From IMG/VR virus record IMGVR_UViG_3300037847_005438, positions 1 through 64,000 of that record: a stretch of DNA of 64,000 bases; one strand, given 5' to 3'. This document shows positions 1 to 9,924 of this stretch, piece after piece. Position numbers and translations under genes: made by a program. A model generated the notes under the pieces. That model saw only the letters and a program-made list of their open reading frames with translations. It did not search any database and was not told the origin of the DNA. This stretch comes from an uncultured virus (IMG/VR IMGVR_UViG_3300037847_005438) (Duplodnaviria > Heunggongvirae > Uroviricota > Caudoviricetes). The first letter of the stretch is position 1, and each line of letters begins with the position of its first letter.

Positions 1-2
1 CT

Positions 3-1373
3 GAAGGTCCTGAGTTTATGCCTCAAACTGGTAAGCAAGAAAACACAATACAGTTTAATTACTTTATGGGTGATCAGCTTATTAATGTTAAGTACCGTGA
101 CGGTAGAAAAAACTTTAAGCTTTATAAAGGCGCTGAAAAAGTATTTTATAATATTAATAGTATTGTAGGGTATGATACTTGCGTGATAACTGAAGGTGAA
201 ATGGACGTATTAGCGTTACACGAAGCTGGTATACCAAATGCTATTTCAGTACCAAATGGAGCTACGTTAAATAATAACAACTTAGATTACTTAGATAATT
301 GTATTGATTATTTTGATGACAAGACTAGAATTATATTAGCAGTTGATGCTGATGAACCTGGTCAAATGTTACAACGAGAACTTGTTAGACGTCTTGGAGC
401 AGAAGTGTGTTACCTTATAGATTTTAACGGTAATAAAGATGCTAACGACTTTTTGTTAGAACACGGTGCTGATGCGCTGCGTAATGCTATACACAACGCG
501 CGACCTGTACCACTGGAAAATGTATCAACCTTAAAAGACGTAGAAGATGAACTCAGAGACTTTGTTAAAAACGGTTTTAAACCCGGTTATCAAATTGGAC
601 TTAAAAACTTCGATCAAATATTTTCAACTTACACTGGTCAGTTCATTACTGTTACTGGTATTCCTAGTAGTGGTAAGTCTGACTTTGTTGATCAAATGGT
701 TGTTGGTTATAACAATTTATACGGTTGGAAAACTGCGTATGCTAGCCCTGAAAATCAACCGGTCTACTTACATGCGCACAAGTTAATGCGTAAACATTGG
801 CAGGATATGCCAAGGACAGATGATATTGGTAATGACAAATGGCAACAAGTAACTAATCATGTAAATGATAATTATTTCTTTATCGATATGGATAAATATA
901 GTTTAGAGTCTGTGTTGCGTAAAGGTGCTGAGCTAGTTAAACGTAAAGGTATTAAATGTTTAGTACTTGATCCGTTTAATAAAATTAGAGATATAGATGC
1001 TAAATCAGATGATGTAAACCGTTACACAATGGATTATCTAGCTAAGATCGAAGCTTTTTGTAAAAAGTATGATGTGCTCACATTTATTGTTGCGCACCCA
1101 ACTAAAATGTATAAAACAAATGATGGAAAAATTGAAGAACCTACTATGTACAATATTAAAGGCGGTGGTGAATGGTATGATGCTAGTTATCATGGTTTAT
1201 TGGTACACCGTGATTACGATGCTAAAACCACCAAGGTTAAAGTGCTCAAAGTTAAATTCCAAAACCTCGGTGAAAACGGGGCTGAAAGTCATTTTACTTG
1301 GGAGCCTCGTTCTGGTAGTTTTGTGCCTCATGTAACTGATGAAGCAGCTGCTGAACCAATGCCTTGGGAATAA
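3..1373 (+). CDS. DNA primase-helicase (T7 gp4/Twinkle-like), 5'-truncated by window edge
   Basis: TOPRIM motifs ITEGEMD and AVDADEPG; DnaB-type Walker A TGIPSSGKS, LVLDPF and IVAHP motifs; frame is open upstream of the ATG at 18 to the window start. Confidence 0.93.
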   Translation, partial: EGPEFMPQTGKQENTIQFNYFMGDQLINVKYRDGRKNFKLYKGAEKVFYNINSIVGYDTCVITEGEMDVLALHEAGIPNAISVPNGATLNNNNLDYLDNCIDYFDDKTRIILAVDADEPGQMLQRELVRRLGAEVCYLIDFNGNKDANDFLLEHGADALRNAIHNARPVPLENVSTLKDVEDELRDFVKNGFKPGYQIGLKNFDQIFSTYTGQFITVTGIPSSGKSDFVDQMVVGYNNLYGWKTAYASPENQPVYLHAHKLMRKHWQDMPRTDDIGNDKWQQVTNHVNDNYFFIDMDKYSLESVLRKGAELVKRKGIKCLVLDPFNKIRDIDAKSDDVNRYTMDYLAKIEAFCKKYDVLTFIVAHPTKMYKTNDGKIEEPTMYNIKGGGEWYDASYHGLLVHRDYDAKTTKVKVLKVKFQNLGENGAESHFTWEPRSGSFVPHVTDEAAAEPMPWE

Positions 1374-1642
1374 TGGCTTTTAAACGATGGCAAAAATCAC
1401 CTAGTAGAAAAGCTCCTGAGCGAAATTGGGAACAACAAGAAATGAAAATAATTGGTTGGTGTTTAACTAGAAATATAGGTGTTGGTATAAGTCCAGATTG
1501 GAAAGATGATTTAAATAGATGGAAAATAACTATAGATATTAACGGTAAATATTATGACGATCCAAACTTATATGATAATGAAGAAGTGTATAACAAAGTT
1601 ATAGAATATTACAAATACTATTATGATAAATACAATAAATAA
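1373..1642 (+). CDS. hypothetical protein
   Basis: ORF coupled by TAATG to the helicase stop and overlapping the next gene. Confidence 0.7.
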   Translation: MAFKRWQKSPSRKAPERNWEQQEMKIIGWCLTRNIGVGISPDWKDDLNRWKITIDINGKYYDDPNLYDNEEVYNKVIEYYKYYYDKYNK

Positions 1643-2279
1643 TAAAGTCTTTAGAAACGCAAACGAAGCCTATGAATATGTACATGATCAAATACTACAA
1701 TATGGTATAGATTTCGCTAATACTAAAGCATTGTTTAACGTAGGTTTTTATATAACAGATCCTATGGACAACAAAATAATAAATAAAGAACGTAATTGGA
1801 AACCTGATTATGCCGAGGCTGAATGGCAGTGGTATTTAAAAGGTGTTCCATATGTTTTTGAACTTGGTAATATATACGGTAAAATACCTGAAATATGGAA
1901 ACGTATGGCTGATGACTCTGGTAGAGTTAATTCTAACTACGGTTATCAATGGAACCGTAACGGACAGCTAGATAGAATAATACAAATGTTACAAGACAAC
2001 CCTGATAATAGGCAGTGCGCAATATCTATATACGACGGTAAAGAAATTGACGATTACAGTCACGACACGCCTTGTACTTACGCTGTACAGTTTACAATAT
2101 TACATGGTAGATTAGATATGTGTGTTACAATGCGTAGCAATGATCTTTGGTATGGTTTTTGTAATGATCAATATTGTTTCTCTAAGCTGCAAAAGATGGT
2201 CTCTGATAAATTAAATATTGAACCGGGTGTATATTATCATTTTGCACATAATATGCATTTATATAATGATAAAATATAA
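1623..2279 (+). CDS. thymidylate-synthase-fold enzyme, probably dCMP hydroxymethylase/methylase (T4 gp42-like)
   Basis: VNSNYG, catalytic PCT, MRSNDLWYGFCND, HFAHNMHLY; Asp at the specificity position where dUMP-specific ThyA has Asn. Confidence 0.8.
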   Translation: MINTINNKVFRNANEAYEYVHDQILQYGIDFANTKALFNVGFYITDPMDNKIINKERNWKPDYAEAEWQWYLKGVPYVFELGNIYGKIPEIWKRMADDSGRVNSNYGYQWNRNGQLDRIIQMLQDNPDNRQCAISIYDGKEIDDYSHDTPCTYAVQFTILHGRLDMCVTMRSNDLWYGFCNDQYCFSKLQKMVSDKLNIEPGVYYHFAHNMHLYNDKI

Positions 2280-3070
2280 TGTATTATTTATATCATATAC
2301 CAGGCAAAAAGATTGGTGTAACAACTAATCTTGAAGAACGTGTTCACAAGCAACAAGGATATTATCCTGGTGAATACGAAATAATAGAAACATCTGATGA
2401 TATAGATTTTATATCTTTAGGTGAACAAATAATGCAAAAGTGCTACGGCTACAAAGTAGACGAAGTACCTTATAATAAACTTAAATTTAATAATATGAAA
2501 ATAAACGTAACAGAGCAAACAACAACATTTCCATATCCAGTAAATAAACTAAAAGGTCATTTAGTTGATAATTTAGGTATGGAGTGGGATACAGAGTTTG
2601 GAAAAGTATTTTTAACTCACCAATCAATTAGTTGGATTATGAAAAATATTAAAACATCTATGTATAATGATAATAGATCTTATGTGTATAATAAAGCATT
2701 TGCTAGATGGTTTGATAATAACAACGCTTATCCAAGAACAGGTGGTATAATGTCAGATCATAAAAAAACATGCGAAACAATGTGTAGATTTGATAAGATT
2801 AGATTATGGGCAGAAGATAGAGGTTTATATCACAAAGGCGATCCTAAAACTCAAACATTAAAGTTAATGGAAGAAGCTGGTGAAATATGTAGAGCTGTAC
2901 TTAAAAAAGATGAAGAACAAATTATAGATGGTATTGGTGATTGTGTAGTTGTATTAACTAACTTAGCACATCTTGCAGGTACTAGTATTGAAGAGTGTAT
3001 TGATTCTGCATATAACGAAATAAAAGATAGAACAGGTAAAATGAGTAACGGAACATTTAAAAAAGATTAA
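2279..3070 (+). CDS. MazG-like NTP pyrophosphohydrolase (C-terminal) with GIY-YIG-like N-terminus
   Basis: KLMEEAGE...DGIGDCVVVL MazG motif; N-terminal YLYHIPGKKIGVTTNLEERV. Confidence 0.75.
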   Translation: MYYLYHIPGKKIGVTTNLEERVHKQQGYYPGEYEIIETSDDIDFISLGEQIMQKCYGYKVDEVPYNKLKFNNMKINVTEQTTTFPYPVNKLKGHLVDNLGMEWDTEFGKVFLTHQSISWIMKNIKTSMYNDNRSYVYNKAFARWFDNNNAYPRTGGIMSDHKKTCETMCRFDKIRLWAEDRGLYHKGDPKTQTLKLMEEAGEICRAVLKKDEEQIIDGIGDCVVVLTNLAHLAGTSIEECIDSAYNEIKDRTGKMSNGTFKKD

Positions 3071-3072
3071 TT

Positions 3073-3384
3073 ATGTCAGATAGAGAAATTATGGATTCAA
3101 AAAACGGTATAAGCTCACGTAAAGAATATGCTTTTAGAGATCCAGTTGTTAGAAACGTTTGTGATAAGTTTGTGTCGCGATCAGATATTGGTTATGAAAA
3201 GTATGGATCAACATTAGACGATGAGCGTAGATTTAAAATGAAAGGTCTTCAAAAATATCTTAACGATATACAAGAAGAACTAATGGATGCTGTGCTATAC
3301 ATACAAGCTGCGCGTGAAGAGCTTCAAGACTTATCTGAAGAGGCTTTAATAGATAAGTATAGGTATGATGAAGAAGAAATATAA
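3073..3384 (+). CDS. all-alpha NTP pyrophosphatase-like protein
   Basis: GYEKYGSTLD...IQEELMDAVLY, an EExxD motif of MazG-like helical proteins. Confidence 0.55.
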   Translation: MSDREIMDSKNGISSRKEYAFRDPVVRNVCDKFVSRSDIGYEKYGSTLDDERRFKMKGLQKYLNDIQEELMDAVLYIQAAREELQDLSEEALIDKYRYDEEEI

Positions 3385-3817
3385 AAGAAAAAAACGTGGT
3401 CCCGTTAGAGCTAAAAAAGTCACATTTGACGGGATCATGTTTGCTTCTGGTTTAGAAAAATATATGTATCAAGCTTTAAAAAAAGCTAAAATACATTCTG
3501 TATATGAAGGTGCAACATTTACTTTACAAGAAGGATTTAAATTAAAAAACGAAAGCTACGAAAGGCAAAGTAATGGTAAGGGTGAAATGGTAAATAGAGG
3601 TTGTAAAAAAATATTACCAATAAAATACACACCTGATTTTGTAAGTAGTTCATTTATAATTGAATGTAAAGGTAGAGCAAATGAAAGTTTTCCAATGCGT
3701 TGGAAAATGTTTAAAAAATATGTAAATGATTGTTTACCTCATGTAACTTTATATAAGCCACAAAACCAGAAGGAATGTGATAAAGTTGTAGAATTAATAT
3801 TAAACAAAAGTAAATGA
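3365..3817 (+). CDS. T7 endonuclease I-like PD-(D/E)xK nuclease / junction resolvase
   Basis: FASGLE, YTPDF and IIECKG motifs; basic N-terminus. Confidence 0.8.
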   Translation: MMKKKYKRKKRGPVRAKKVTFDGIMFASGLEKYMYQALKKAKIHSVYEGATFTLQEGFKLKNESYERQSNGKGEMVNRGCKKILPIKYTPDFVSSSFIIECKGRANESFPMRWKMFKKYVNDCLPHVTLYKPQNQKECDKVVELILNKSK

Positions 3818-5685
3818 TAGATATAAATAATAAAATTCTTTCTGATATTACAGTGCATATGAAATATGCTAAATATATACCAGAATTAAATAGAAGAGAA
3901 ACATGGGAAGAACTGGTAACCCGTAATAAAGAAATGCACCAAAAAAGATACCCAGAATTATATAATCAAATTGAAGAAACATACAGATATGTCTATAAGA
4001 AAAAAGTTTTACCAAGTATGCGATCGTTACAGTTCAGCGGCAAACCTATCGAAATTAGTCCAAACCGTCTTTACAACTGTAGCTACTTACCTATCGACCA
4101 TGTTGATAGTTTTAGTGAGTGTATGTTCCTTTTGTTATCTGGCTGCGGTGTTGGTTATTCTGTTCAGCAGCATCATGTAAAACAATTACCTCACATAACA
4201 AAACCTTTTAAAGGTAGAACAAGAAGATTTGTTATAGGTGATTCAATAGAAGGTTGGTCAGATAGTATTAAGGTTTTAATTAAGTCTTATTTGGGCTCTA
4301 AGAGATCATCTAAGATAAAATTTGATTATTCGGATATTAGGCCAAAGGGTGCACGTTTGGTTACGTCTGGTGGAAAAGCACCAGGACCTCAACCACTAAA
4401 AGAGTGTTTAGTAAAAATTAAAGGTATATTAGAAAATCAAAACGATGGAGAACAATTATCAACACTTGATGTACATGATATTATTTGTCATATTGCTGAT
4501 GCTGTGCTTGCTGGTGGTATTCGCAGAGCGGCTCTTATAAGTTTATTTTCAGCTTATGACGAAGAAATGATTTCGTGTAAGTCAGGAAGTTGGTGGGAAC
4601 AAAACCCACAAAGAGGTAGAGCTAATAACTCTGCTGTACTAATAAGACACAAAATAACAAAAGAATTTTTCTTAGATTTGTGGAAACGTATTGAATTATC
4701 CGGATCTGGTGAGCCTGGTATATATTTTAATCACGATAAAGATTGGGGAACTAATCCTTGCTGTGAAATAGCTTTGAGGCCTTATCAGTTCTGTAACCTG
4801 TGTGAAGTTAATGTAAGTGACGTCACAAACCAGGAAGAATTTAACTCAAGAGTTAAAGCCGCAGCTTTCATCGGTACGCTTCAAGCAGGTTATACGGAAT
4901 TCCACTATCTAAGAGAAATATGGCAAGAAACAACAGAGAAAGACGCACTTATAGGTGTGTCAATGACAGGAATCGCGAGTGCCGCTGTGCTCCCGCTGGA
5001 TATGAAGGCAGCTGCAAGCATAGTAAAAAGAGAAAACACAAGAGTAGCAAAATTAATAGGAATAAATAAAGCCGCTAGAACAACATGTGTTAAACCAGCT
5101 GGTACTACATCTTTAGTATTAGGCACTAGTTCAGGTATTCACGCTTGGCACAACGATTATTATATTAGAAGACTTCGTGTAGGAAAAAACGAAGCAATAT
5201 ATAATTATTTAAAACAAAATCATCAAGATTTAATAAAAGATGAATATTTTAGACCACATGACACTGCTGTGATAGAAATACCACAGTCAGCTCCAAAAGG
5301 TTCAATATTAAGAACTGAGTCTGCTTTTGACTTACTTAAAAGAGTTAAAAAAGTTGCTACCGAATGGGTTAAACCTGGTCACAGAAATGGATCAAATACT
5401 CACAATGTGTCTGCAACAATAAGTTTAAAAGAAGATGAATGGGATAAAGCTGGTAAGTGGATGTGGGATAATAGAGATTGTTATAATGGTCTCTCCGTGC
5501 TGCCTTACGACGGTGGTACATATACTCAAGCTCCTTTTGAAGATATAAATAAAAAAGAGTTTGAAAAGTTAGTTAAACACTTACATGATATAAATTTAGA
5601 AAATGTAAAGGAAGAAACTGACGAAACAGATCTATCTGGTGAATTAGCTTGTACCGGTGGATCTTGTGAAATAACAAGCTTATAA
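3814..5685 (+). CDS. nrdJ: class II (adenosylcobalamin-dependent) ribonucleotide reductase
   Basis: TNPCCEIAL active site, CVKPAGTTSL, GGIRRAALI, C-terminal ACTGGSCEI cysteine pair; no NrdB partner nearby. Confidence 0.9.
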   Translation: MIDINNKILSDITVHMKYAKYIPELNRRETWEELVTRNKEMHQKRYPELYNQIEETYRYVYKKKVLPSMRSLQFSGKPIEISPNRLYNCSYLPIDHVDSFSECMFLLLSGCGVGYSVQQHHVKQLPHITKPFKGRTRRFVIGDSIEGWSDSIKVLIKSYLGSKRSSKIKFDYSDIRPKGARLVTSGGKAPGPQPLKECLVKIKGILENQNDGEQLSTLDVHDIICHIADAVLAGGIRRAALISLFSAYDEEMISCKSGSWWEQNPQRGRANNSAVLIRHKITKEFFLDLWKRIELSGSGEPGIYFNHDKDWGTNPCCEIALRPYQFCNLCEVNVSDVTNQEEFNSRVKAAAFIGTLQAGYTEFHYLREIWQETTEKDALIGVSMTGIASAAVLPLDMKAAASIVKRENTRVAKLIGINKAARTTCVKPAGTTSLVLGTSSGIHAWHNDYYIRRLRVGKNEAIYNYLKQNHQDLIKDEYFRPHDTAVIEIPQSAPKGSILRTESAFDLLKRVKKVATEWVKPGHRNGSNTHNVSATISLKEDEWDKAGKWMWDNRDCYNGLSVLPYDGGTYTQAPFEDINKKEFEKLVKHLHDINLENVKEETDETDLSGELACTGGSCEITSL

Positions 5686-5699
5686 CTAAAACAATTATT

Positions 5700-6098
5700 A
5701 TGAAAAAAATGTTTTTAATGGCAAGTCTTATTCTTGCTGCTAATTTATGCTCTGCGCAGTTTATGGCTGTAACAACTATAAACATGCCAGAAGATGATGC
5801 GGAGTGGGAAATGTCAAATATCACTGATAACATAGGTATAGGTTATATTATAAAAGAAAATATAACTGTAGGTCTTGTTAAGAACAGTGAAGAGTACGAT
5901 ATGTGGGGTAGATATTATTTTAATGACTGCTACGCTGTTGTGCAAGCTCCAACTGAAGAAATGATGGACAACATGATGTTTGGTGTTGGTTATTCTTTTA
6001 AACTTTGGAAAGAACTTTATGTTGATCCAAACTATATGATGTCTACAAAAGAAGACTCAGAAGGAGAATTTAAATTAGGAATATCTTATAAATTTTAA
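5700..6098 (+). CDS. small outer-membrane beta-barrel protein
   Basis: Signal peptide MKKMFLMASLILAANLCSA; amphipathic strands FGVGYSF and C-terminal LGISYKF (BAM-type terminal Phe). Confidence 0.7.
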   Translation: MKKMFLMASLILAANLCSAQFMAVTTINMPEDDAEWEMSNITDNIGIGYIIKENITVGLVKNSEEYDMWGRYYFNDCYAVVQAPTEEMMDNMMFGVGYSFKLWKELYVDPNYMMSTKEDSEGEFKLGISYKF

Positions 6099-6124
6099 CA
6101 TTAATATTTAAATTAAATTAAATT

Positions 6125-6319
6125 ATGGCTTTTAATAAATTAAATACTTTATTTGACGAATTACAAGACGCTGTTAACGATTGTCAAACAGATGTTACGA
6201 AATTTGTTGATGGAAATAATTCCGCAGGAACGCGGGTTAGAAAAGCTATGCAGGCTATAAAGTCTCTAGCTCAAGAAGTTAGAGTTGAAGTTCAAGATCA
6301 AAAGAACAAACAATTCTAA
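6125..6319 (+). CDS. histone H1-like Hc1 family protein (Bacteroidota type)
   Basis: KFVDGNNSAGTRVRKAMQAIK motif. Confidence 0.75.
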   Translation: MAFNKLNTLFDELQDAVNDCQTDVTKFVDGNNSAGTRVRKAMQAIKSLAQEVRVEVQDQKNKQF

Positions 6320-6325
6320 AATATT

Positions 6326-6353
6326 AAAGGGAGCTTTTTAGCTCCCTTTTTTT
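6326..6353. terminator. bidirectional intrinsic terminator between convergent blocks
   Basis: AAAGGGAGCT-TTTT-AGCTCCCTTT followed by a T-run; lies exactly at the +/- convergence. Confidence 0.85.
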
Positions 6354-6816
6354 AATCTAAATCTATATATTCTATAGTAACACTTTCACCTTTTTCTATA
6401 GCTTCAGCTATTGGCGGATATATCCGTTTATAAGCTTGTGTTGATTTACCTATAAAACCATTTTTAATTAATAAATTGTTTTCCTGTGAATCACCAACTA
6501 TTAAACATCCAGCTGTATGCTCATCAGTATTACCAGTGTGTATTAATATCCATTTAAAGTTAGGTACATCTTGCAACCATAACATACCTTTGTGCATACT
6601 ACCGTATTTCTTTGTGTATCTAGCGTGATGTCCACCTTCTTTACGAAGTATTATGTTATACACACCAGCTGGAATACGAGTTTCAGCCATTACTTTTTCC
6701 TCTCTTCTTTCATCTTCTAACGTGTAACAAAGAAACTTTGTACCGTTTGTTACGTCAAATAATAATCCACTTGTTGAATCTTCTTGACTACTAAATCTAA
6801 TTACTTTTAATTTCAT
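6352..6816 (-). CDS. DUF5675-like protein (putative L,D-transpeptidase-like cell-wall enzyme)
   Basis: YTLED, RIPAGVY, DVPNFKWILIHTGN...TAGCLIVG His/Cys motif. Confidence 0.7.
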   Translation of the reverse strand: MKLKVIRFSSQEDSTSGLLFDVTNGTKFLCYTLEDERREEKVMAETRIPAGVYNIILRKEGGHHARYTKKYGSMHKGMLWLQDVPNFKWILIHTGNTDEHTAGCLIVGDSQENNLLIKNGFIGKSTQAYKRIYPPIAEAIEKGESVTIEYIDLD

Positions 6817-6817
6817 T

Positions 6818-8617
6818 TTATGTTGTTAATGGTATTTTTAATATTATTGTCATTGTTACAAATATTTCATCTGAACTGTTTGCGCTACTACCCATTATTG
6901 CTGGTAGCAAAGCATCACCTGCTGTTACTGCTAAATTTGCTGTATTAGAAACTAATTTACAGGGACCTTTAAAACTGTGATTACTAGTTCCGTCAGCACC
7001 TCCTGAAGACTCTGCTTCATCAGCCGTAGCAACGCATCTTAAAGTAAATTCGTTTACAGCGGCTGTATTACCATAATCTATACCAGTTGTATTAGTACCA
7101 CTTGTAGTAGATCCATCAGCGTGAAATAATCCAGCCTTAAAAGTGTTATCGTTGTTAGCGTTTCTACCATGCGCATGAAAACCTACTAAAATTCCAGTAT
7201 GAGGTATTACAAGAGAGTTAACAGCATGTAACCTTGAAAGTGTGTATGTGGTGGTACCAGTTGAAGTAGCTGTTATACCACTATCATTGTTCCAGTCTTC
7301 TTCATATATACCTTTAGTAGTATTAGGTAACATCCACTCTGGATTATTACTACCATCTCTAGTTGGTACAGCGCTAGCACTCCAAACCATATAAGCGTAG
7401 CTATATCTTAAATCAACATGTGATTTTAAACCAGCTGGTGTTACAGCTCTAGCTGTATCAGTACCTGTATCAGCCTCACCTGTAGTTGCTAACTCTACAA
7501 TACCCGCATTTGAATCTGTTGCTGTTTCCCCAGCTATAGTAACAGTTGTACCACTAACGCTTGTATCTACGCCAGCACCACCAGCTATAGTAAAATCAGC
7601 ACTACCAGAACTAACTGTAGCAGTGTTAGTATCATCTGCCGTAAGTCTAACACCTGTTATATCACCACTACCAGCTAACGATTGTATTCTATCATTTATA
7701 GCGGCAGATGTCATTAATGAAGTATCGTTATCAGCAAATGATTCAGAAGAAGTTTGAATAGCCTCAACACTCACACTATCTAAACCTAAAGTTGTTATAC
7801 CAGTAACACTACCACCATCTACGGTAACTGTACCATCTAAAAGTATATTATTACCAGCAAGTGGTTCTAGTTTTATTTGACCGCTAGCATCAAGCGTTAT
7901 ATCACCATCAGCTGCTATTTCAAAATTAGCAATTTTATCATCACCAGAATTTACACTATCGACTGTTGTTAATAATGTTGCTCCACTTTCACCAACCGTT
8001 ATAGAACAAAAATCAGTTGTTCTGTTAGAATTAAGAAGTTTTAAATGGTTTCCTGGAGTGTTTATTTCAATTCCAGAAGTATTCGCAATGTCCGCTACAC
8101 CATCGGCTGCTACATTTAATACTAATCCTTTTTTTGTTATTGTACCTTGATTACTAGCAGAGTCTATATCTATTTGACTACCAATCATTGTAACAACACC
8201 GCTAGCATGGTTGTTTGCTGCATCAGCCATGTTTATACTTAAACCAGTGGTGGCACTAGTTTGTCCTGATGCTGTTATACCTGCTTTATCATAGTCTATA
8301 TCTAATAGTGTTTTTGTTGCTGTAGTAGTAAGAGCATCATCAACATCTAATCTTAAAGCTTTACCACTAGTCAAAGAGTCACAATTAATATAAACAGCTG
8401 CTGCCGTTGTTAAGCTCTGTGCTTTAACTCTTATAGCGTTAGCGGTAGTATTTGCAGCATCTATATCTAAAGCTACTTGATCAACATCATTATTATCTAT
8501 TAACAAAGCAGATGCACCAGAATCTGTAGCTGTAGTTATATCTACTACATCTGTAAAGAAAGACTTATTTCTAAACCTAGAAACTAAGTCATATATGTGT
8601 TGACCTATAAATTTCAT
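6818..8617 (-). CDS. tail fibre / receptor-binding protein
   Basis: Thr/Ala/Gly/Ser-rich beta repeats; tail-fibre repeat AGIVELAT...DTARAVTPAGL. Confidence 0.7.
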   Translation of the reverse strand: MKFIGQHIYDLVSRFRNKSFFTDVVDITTATDSGASALLIDNNDVDQVALDIDAANTTANAIRVKAQSLTTAAAVYINCDSLTSGKALRLDVDDALTTTATKTLLDIDYDKAGITASGQTSATTGLSINMADAANNHASGVVTMIGSQIDIDSASNQGTITKKGLVLNVAADGVADIANTSGIEINTPGNHLKLLNSNRTTDFCSITVGESGATLLTTVDSVNSGDDKIANFEIAADGDITLDASGQIKLEPLAGNNILLDGTVTVDGGSVTGITTLGLDSVSVEAIQTSSESFADNDTSLMTSAAINDRIQSLAGSGDITGVRLTADDTNTATVSSGSADFTIAGGAGVDTSVSGTTVTIAGETATDSNAGIVELATTGEADTGTDTARAVTPAGLKSHVDLRYSYAYMVWSASAVPTRDGSNNPEWMLPNTTKGIYEEDWNNDSGITATSTGTTTYTLSRLHAVNSLVIPHTGILVGFHAHGRNANNDNTFKAGLFHADGSTTSGTNTTGIDYGNTAAVNEFTLRCVATADEAESSGGADGTSNHSFKGPCKLVSNTANLAVTAGDALLPAIMGSSANSSDEIFVTMTIILKIPLTT

Positions 8618-8619
8618 TT

Positions 8620-8943
8620 TTACGAATTAATTAGAATATCTAAAGTATCAGAACTACCAACTATTGTATATAAACCGTATTTTTTAAAATTAACACTTAG
8701 TAGACTAGTATTGTCTAAAAGTAAAGATGTTTTTGCAGGTATAGCTATATTTTTTATTATATTAAATTTACCAGCAGTTGCACCCTCCGGTTCATCTTCA
8801 ATAAATAACGTTACAGTAGCATCGGCACTAGCGTGTGTATTTGTTATCATTATAGAACGTACAGTAGAATTATAAGTTCCAGGTTCTATTAACTCAACAG
8901 TTGTACCAGTTGATCCAGTAATATTATAATATTTACTCGCCAT
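8620..8943 (-). CDS. small beta-rich virion protein
   Basis: SIMITNTH...IAIPAKTSLLL pattern; sits next to the tail fibre. Confidence 0.55.
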   Translation of the reverse strand: MASKYYNITGSTGTTVELIEPGTYNSTVRSIMITNTHASADATVTLFIEDEPEGATAGKFNIIKNIAIPAKTSLLLDNTSLLSVNFKKYGLYTIVGSSDTLDILINS

Positions 8944-8944
8944 T

Positions 8945-9415
8945 TTATTCGTAAAACACCATGTATTCTATAACCATACTGGTAGCTACACTAGGTTTTA
9001 CAAAAATATCATTTTCATCACTAGCTGCAGCCCATGGAATAATCATAAAATCACCAGCGTATAACCTACCAATCTCTACAGATCTTTCAGAAGAGTCAGC
9101 TACACTAAAATCTTCTTTTGAAGAACCAGTGCTTGCTTTACCTAAACCTATAGTAAAATACTCTGTAGAATCAGTATTTATGTTTTTTATGTATAATTTA
9201 GCTGCTTTATCAGCAGTTACATCTGCTACTGGAGCCGCTCCTACAGTTAATAGATCAACTTCATTTGTAGATGTTAATGTTTTTCTAGTAAGACCAGTTG
9301 CTTTATCTAGCCCAGTAGTAGAACCAGCTTTTGTCATTGTCATGGAGTTACTTACTGTCATGCCGTAACTACCAATATCACTATTAATATTTAATGTTGC
9401 GTTTATTGTTGCCAT
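8945..9415 (-). CDS. virion protein, paralogue 3 of a tandem family
   Basis: MATINATL, LYIKN and IGRLYAGDFMIIPW shared with neighbours. Confidence 0.65.
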   Translation of the reverse strand: MATINATLNINSDIGSYGMTVSNSMTMTKAGSTTGLDKATGLTRKTLTSTNEVDLLTVGAAPVADVTADKAAKLYIKNINTDSTEYFTIGLGKASTGSSKEDFSVADSSERSVEIGRLYAGDFMIIPWAAASDENDIFVKPSVATSMVIEYMVFYE

Positions 9416-9443
9416 ATTTGTTTATTTATATTGTTAATTACTA

Positions 9444-9893
9444 TTATGAATCAGCAGATGTTGGTAAAGTTAAACCCTCGTGAAGACAAGTGTATTCTAC
9501 GTTTATACCAGCTGCCGCTGCTTCTGTTGATGGTGCTATTTCTATGTCAGCGTGTTGAGCTATTTGACTCCAAGGCATGAATAAAAAATCACCCGCATAT
9601 AACCTACCTATTTCTGTTGCTGCTATGGTCACGGTAATATAATGAGTTTCATCAGTAGCTTTATTACAAATATAAACCCATGATTGTTTGTTTTGTCCTG
9701 CTGGTGAAGCTGGTAGTACTGGAAATATATCTAACGAAGTTGTAGCTGTTAAATATATATAAGCCATACCTGTTGTTTCTTCTAAACCAACTGTTGTACC
9801 TGCTTTGTACAGTTCTTTTGTTGTTGATAACGACAAAGCGTCACCAACTAAGTCACTACTTTCTATAGAAAGTGAAGCTGTTGTTGTTGCCAT
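9444..9893 (-). CDS. virion protein, paralogue 2 of a tandem family
   Basis: MATTTASL, VYICN, IGRLYAGDFLFMPW. Confidence 0.65.
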   Translation of the reverse strand: MATTTASLSIESSDLVGDALSLSTTKELYKAGTTVGLEETTGMAYIYLTATTSLDIFPVLPASPAGQNKQSWVYICNKATDETHYITVTIAATEIGRLYAGDFLFMPWSQIAQHADIEIAPSTEAAAAGINVEYTCLHEGLTLPTSADS

Positions 9894-9924
9894 AATTATT
9901 AATTTATTTAGTTATTGTTTATTT

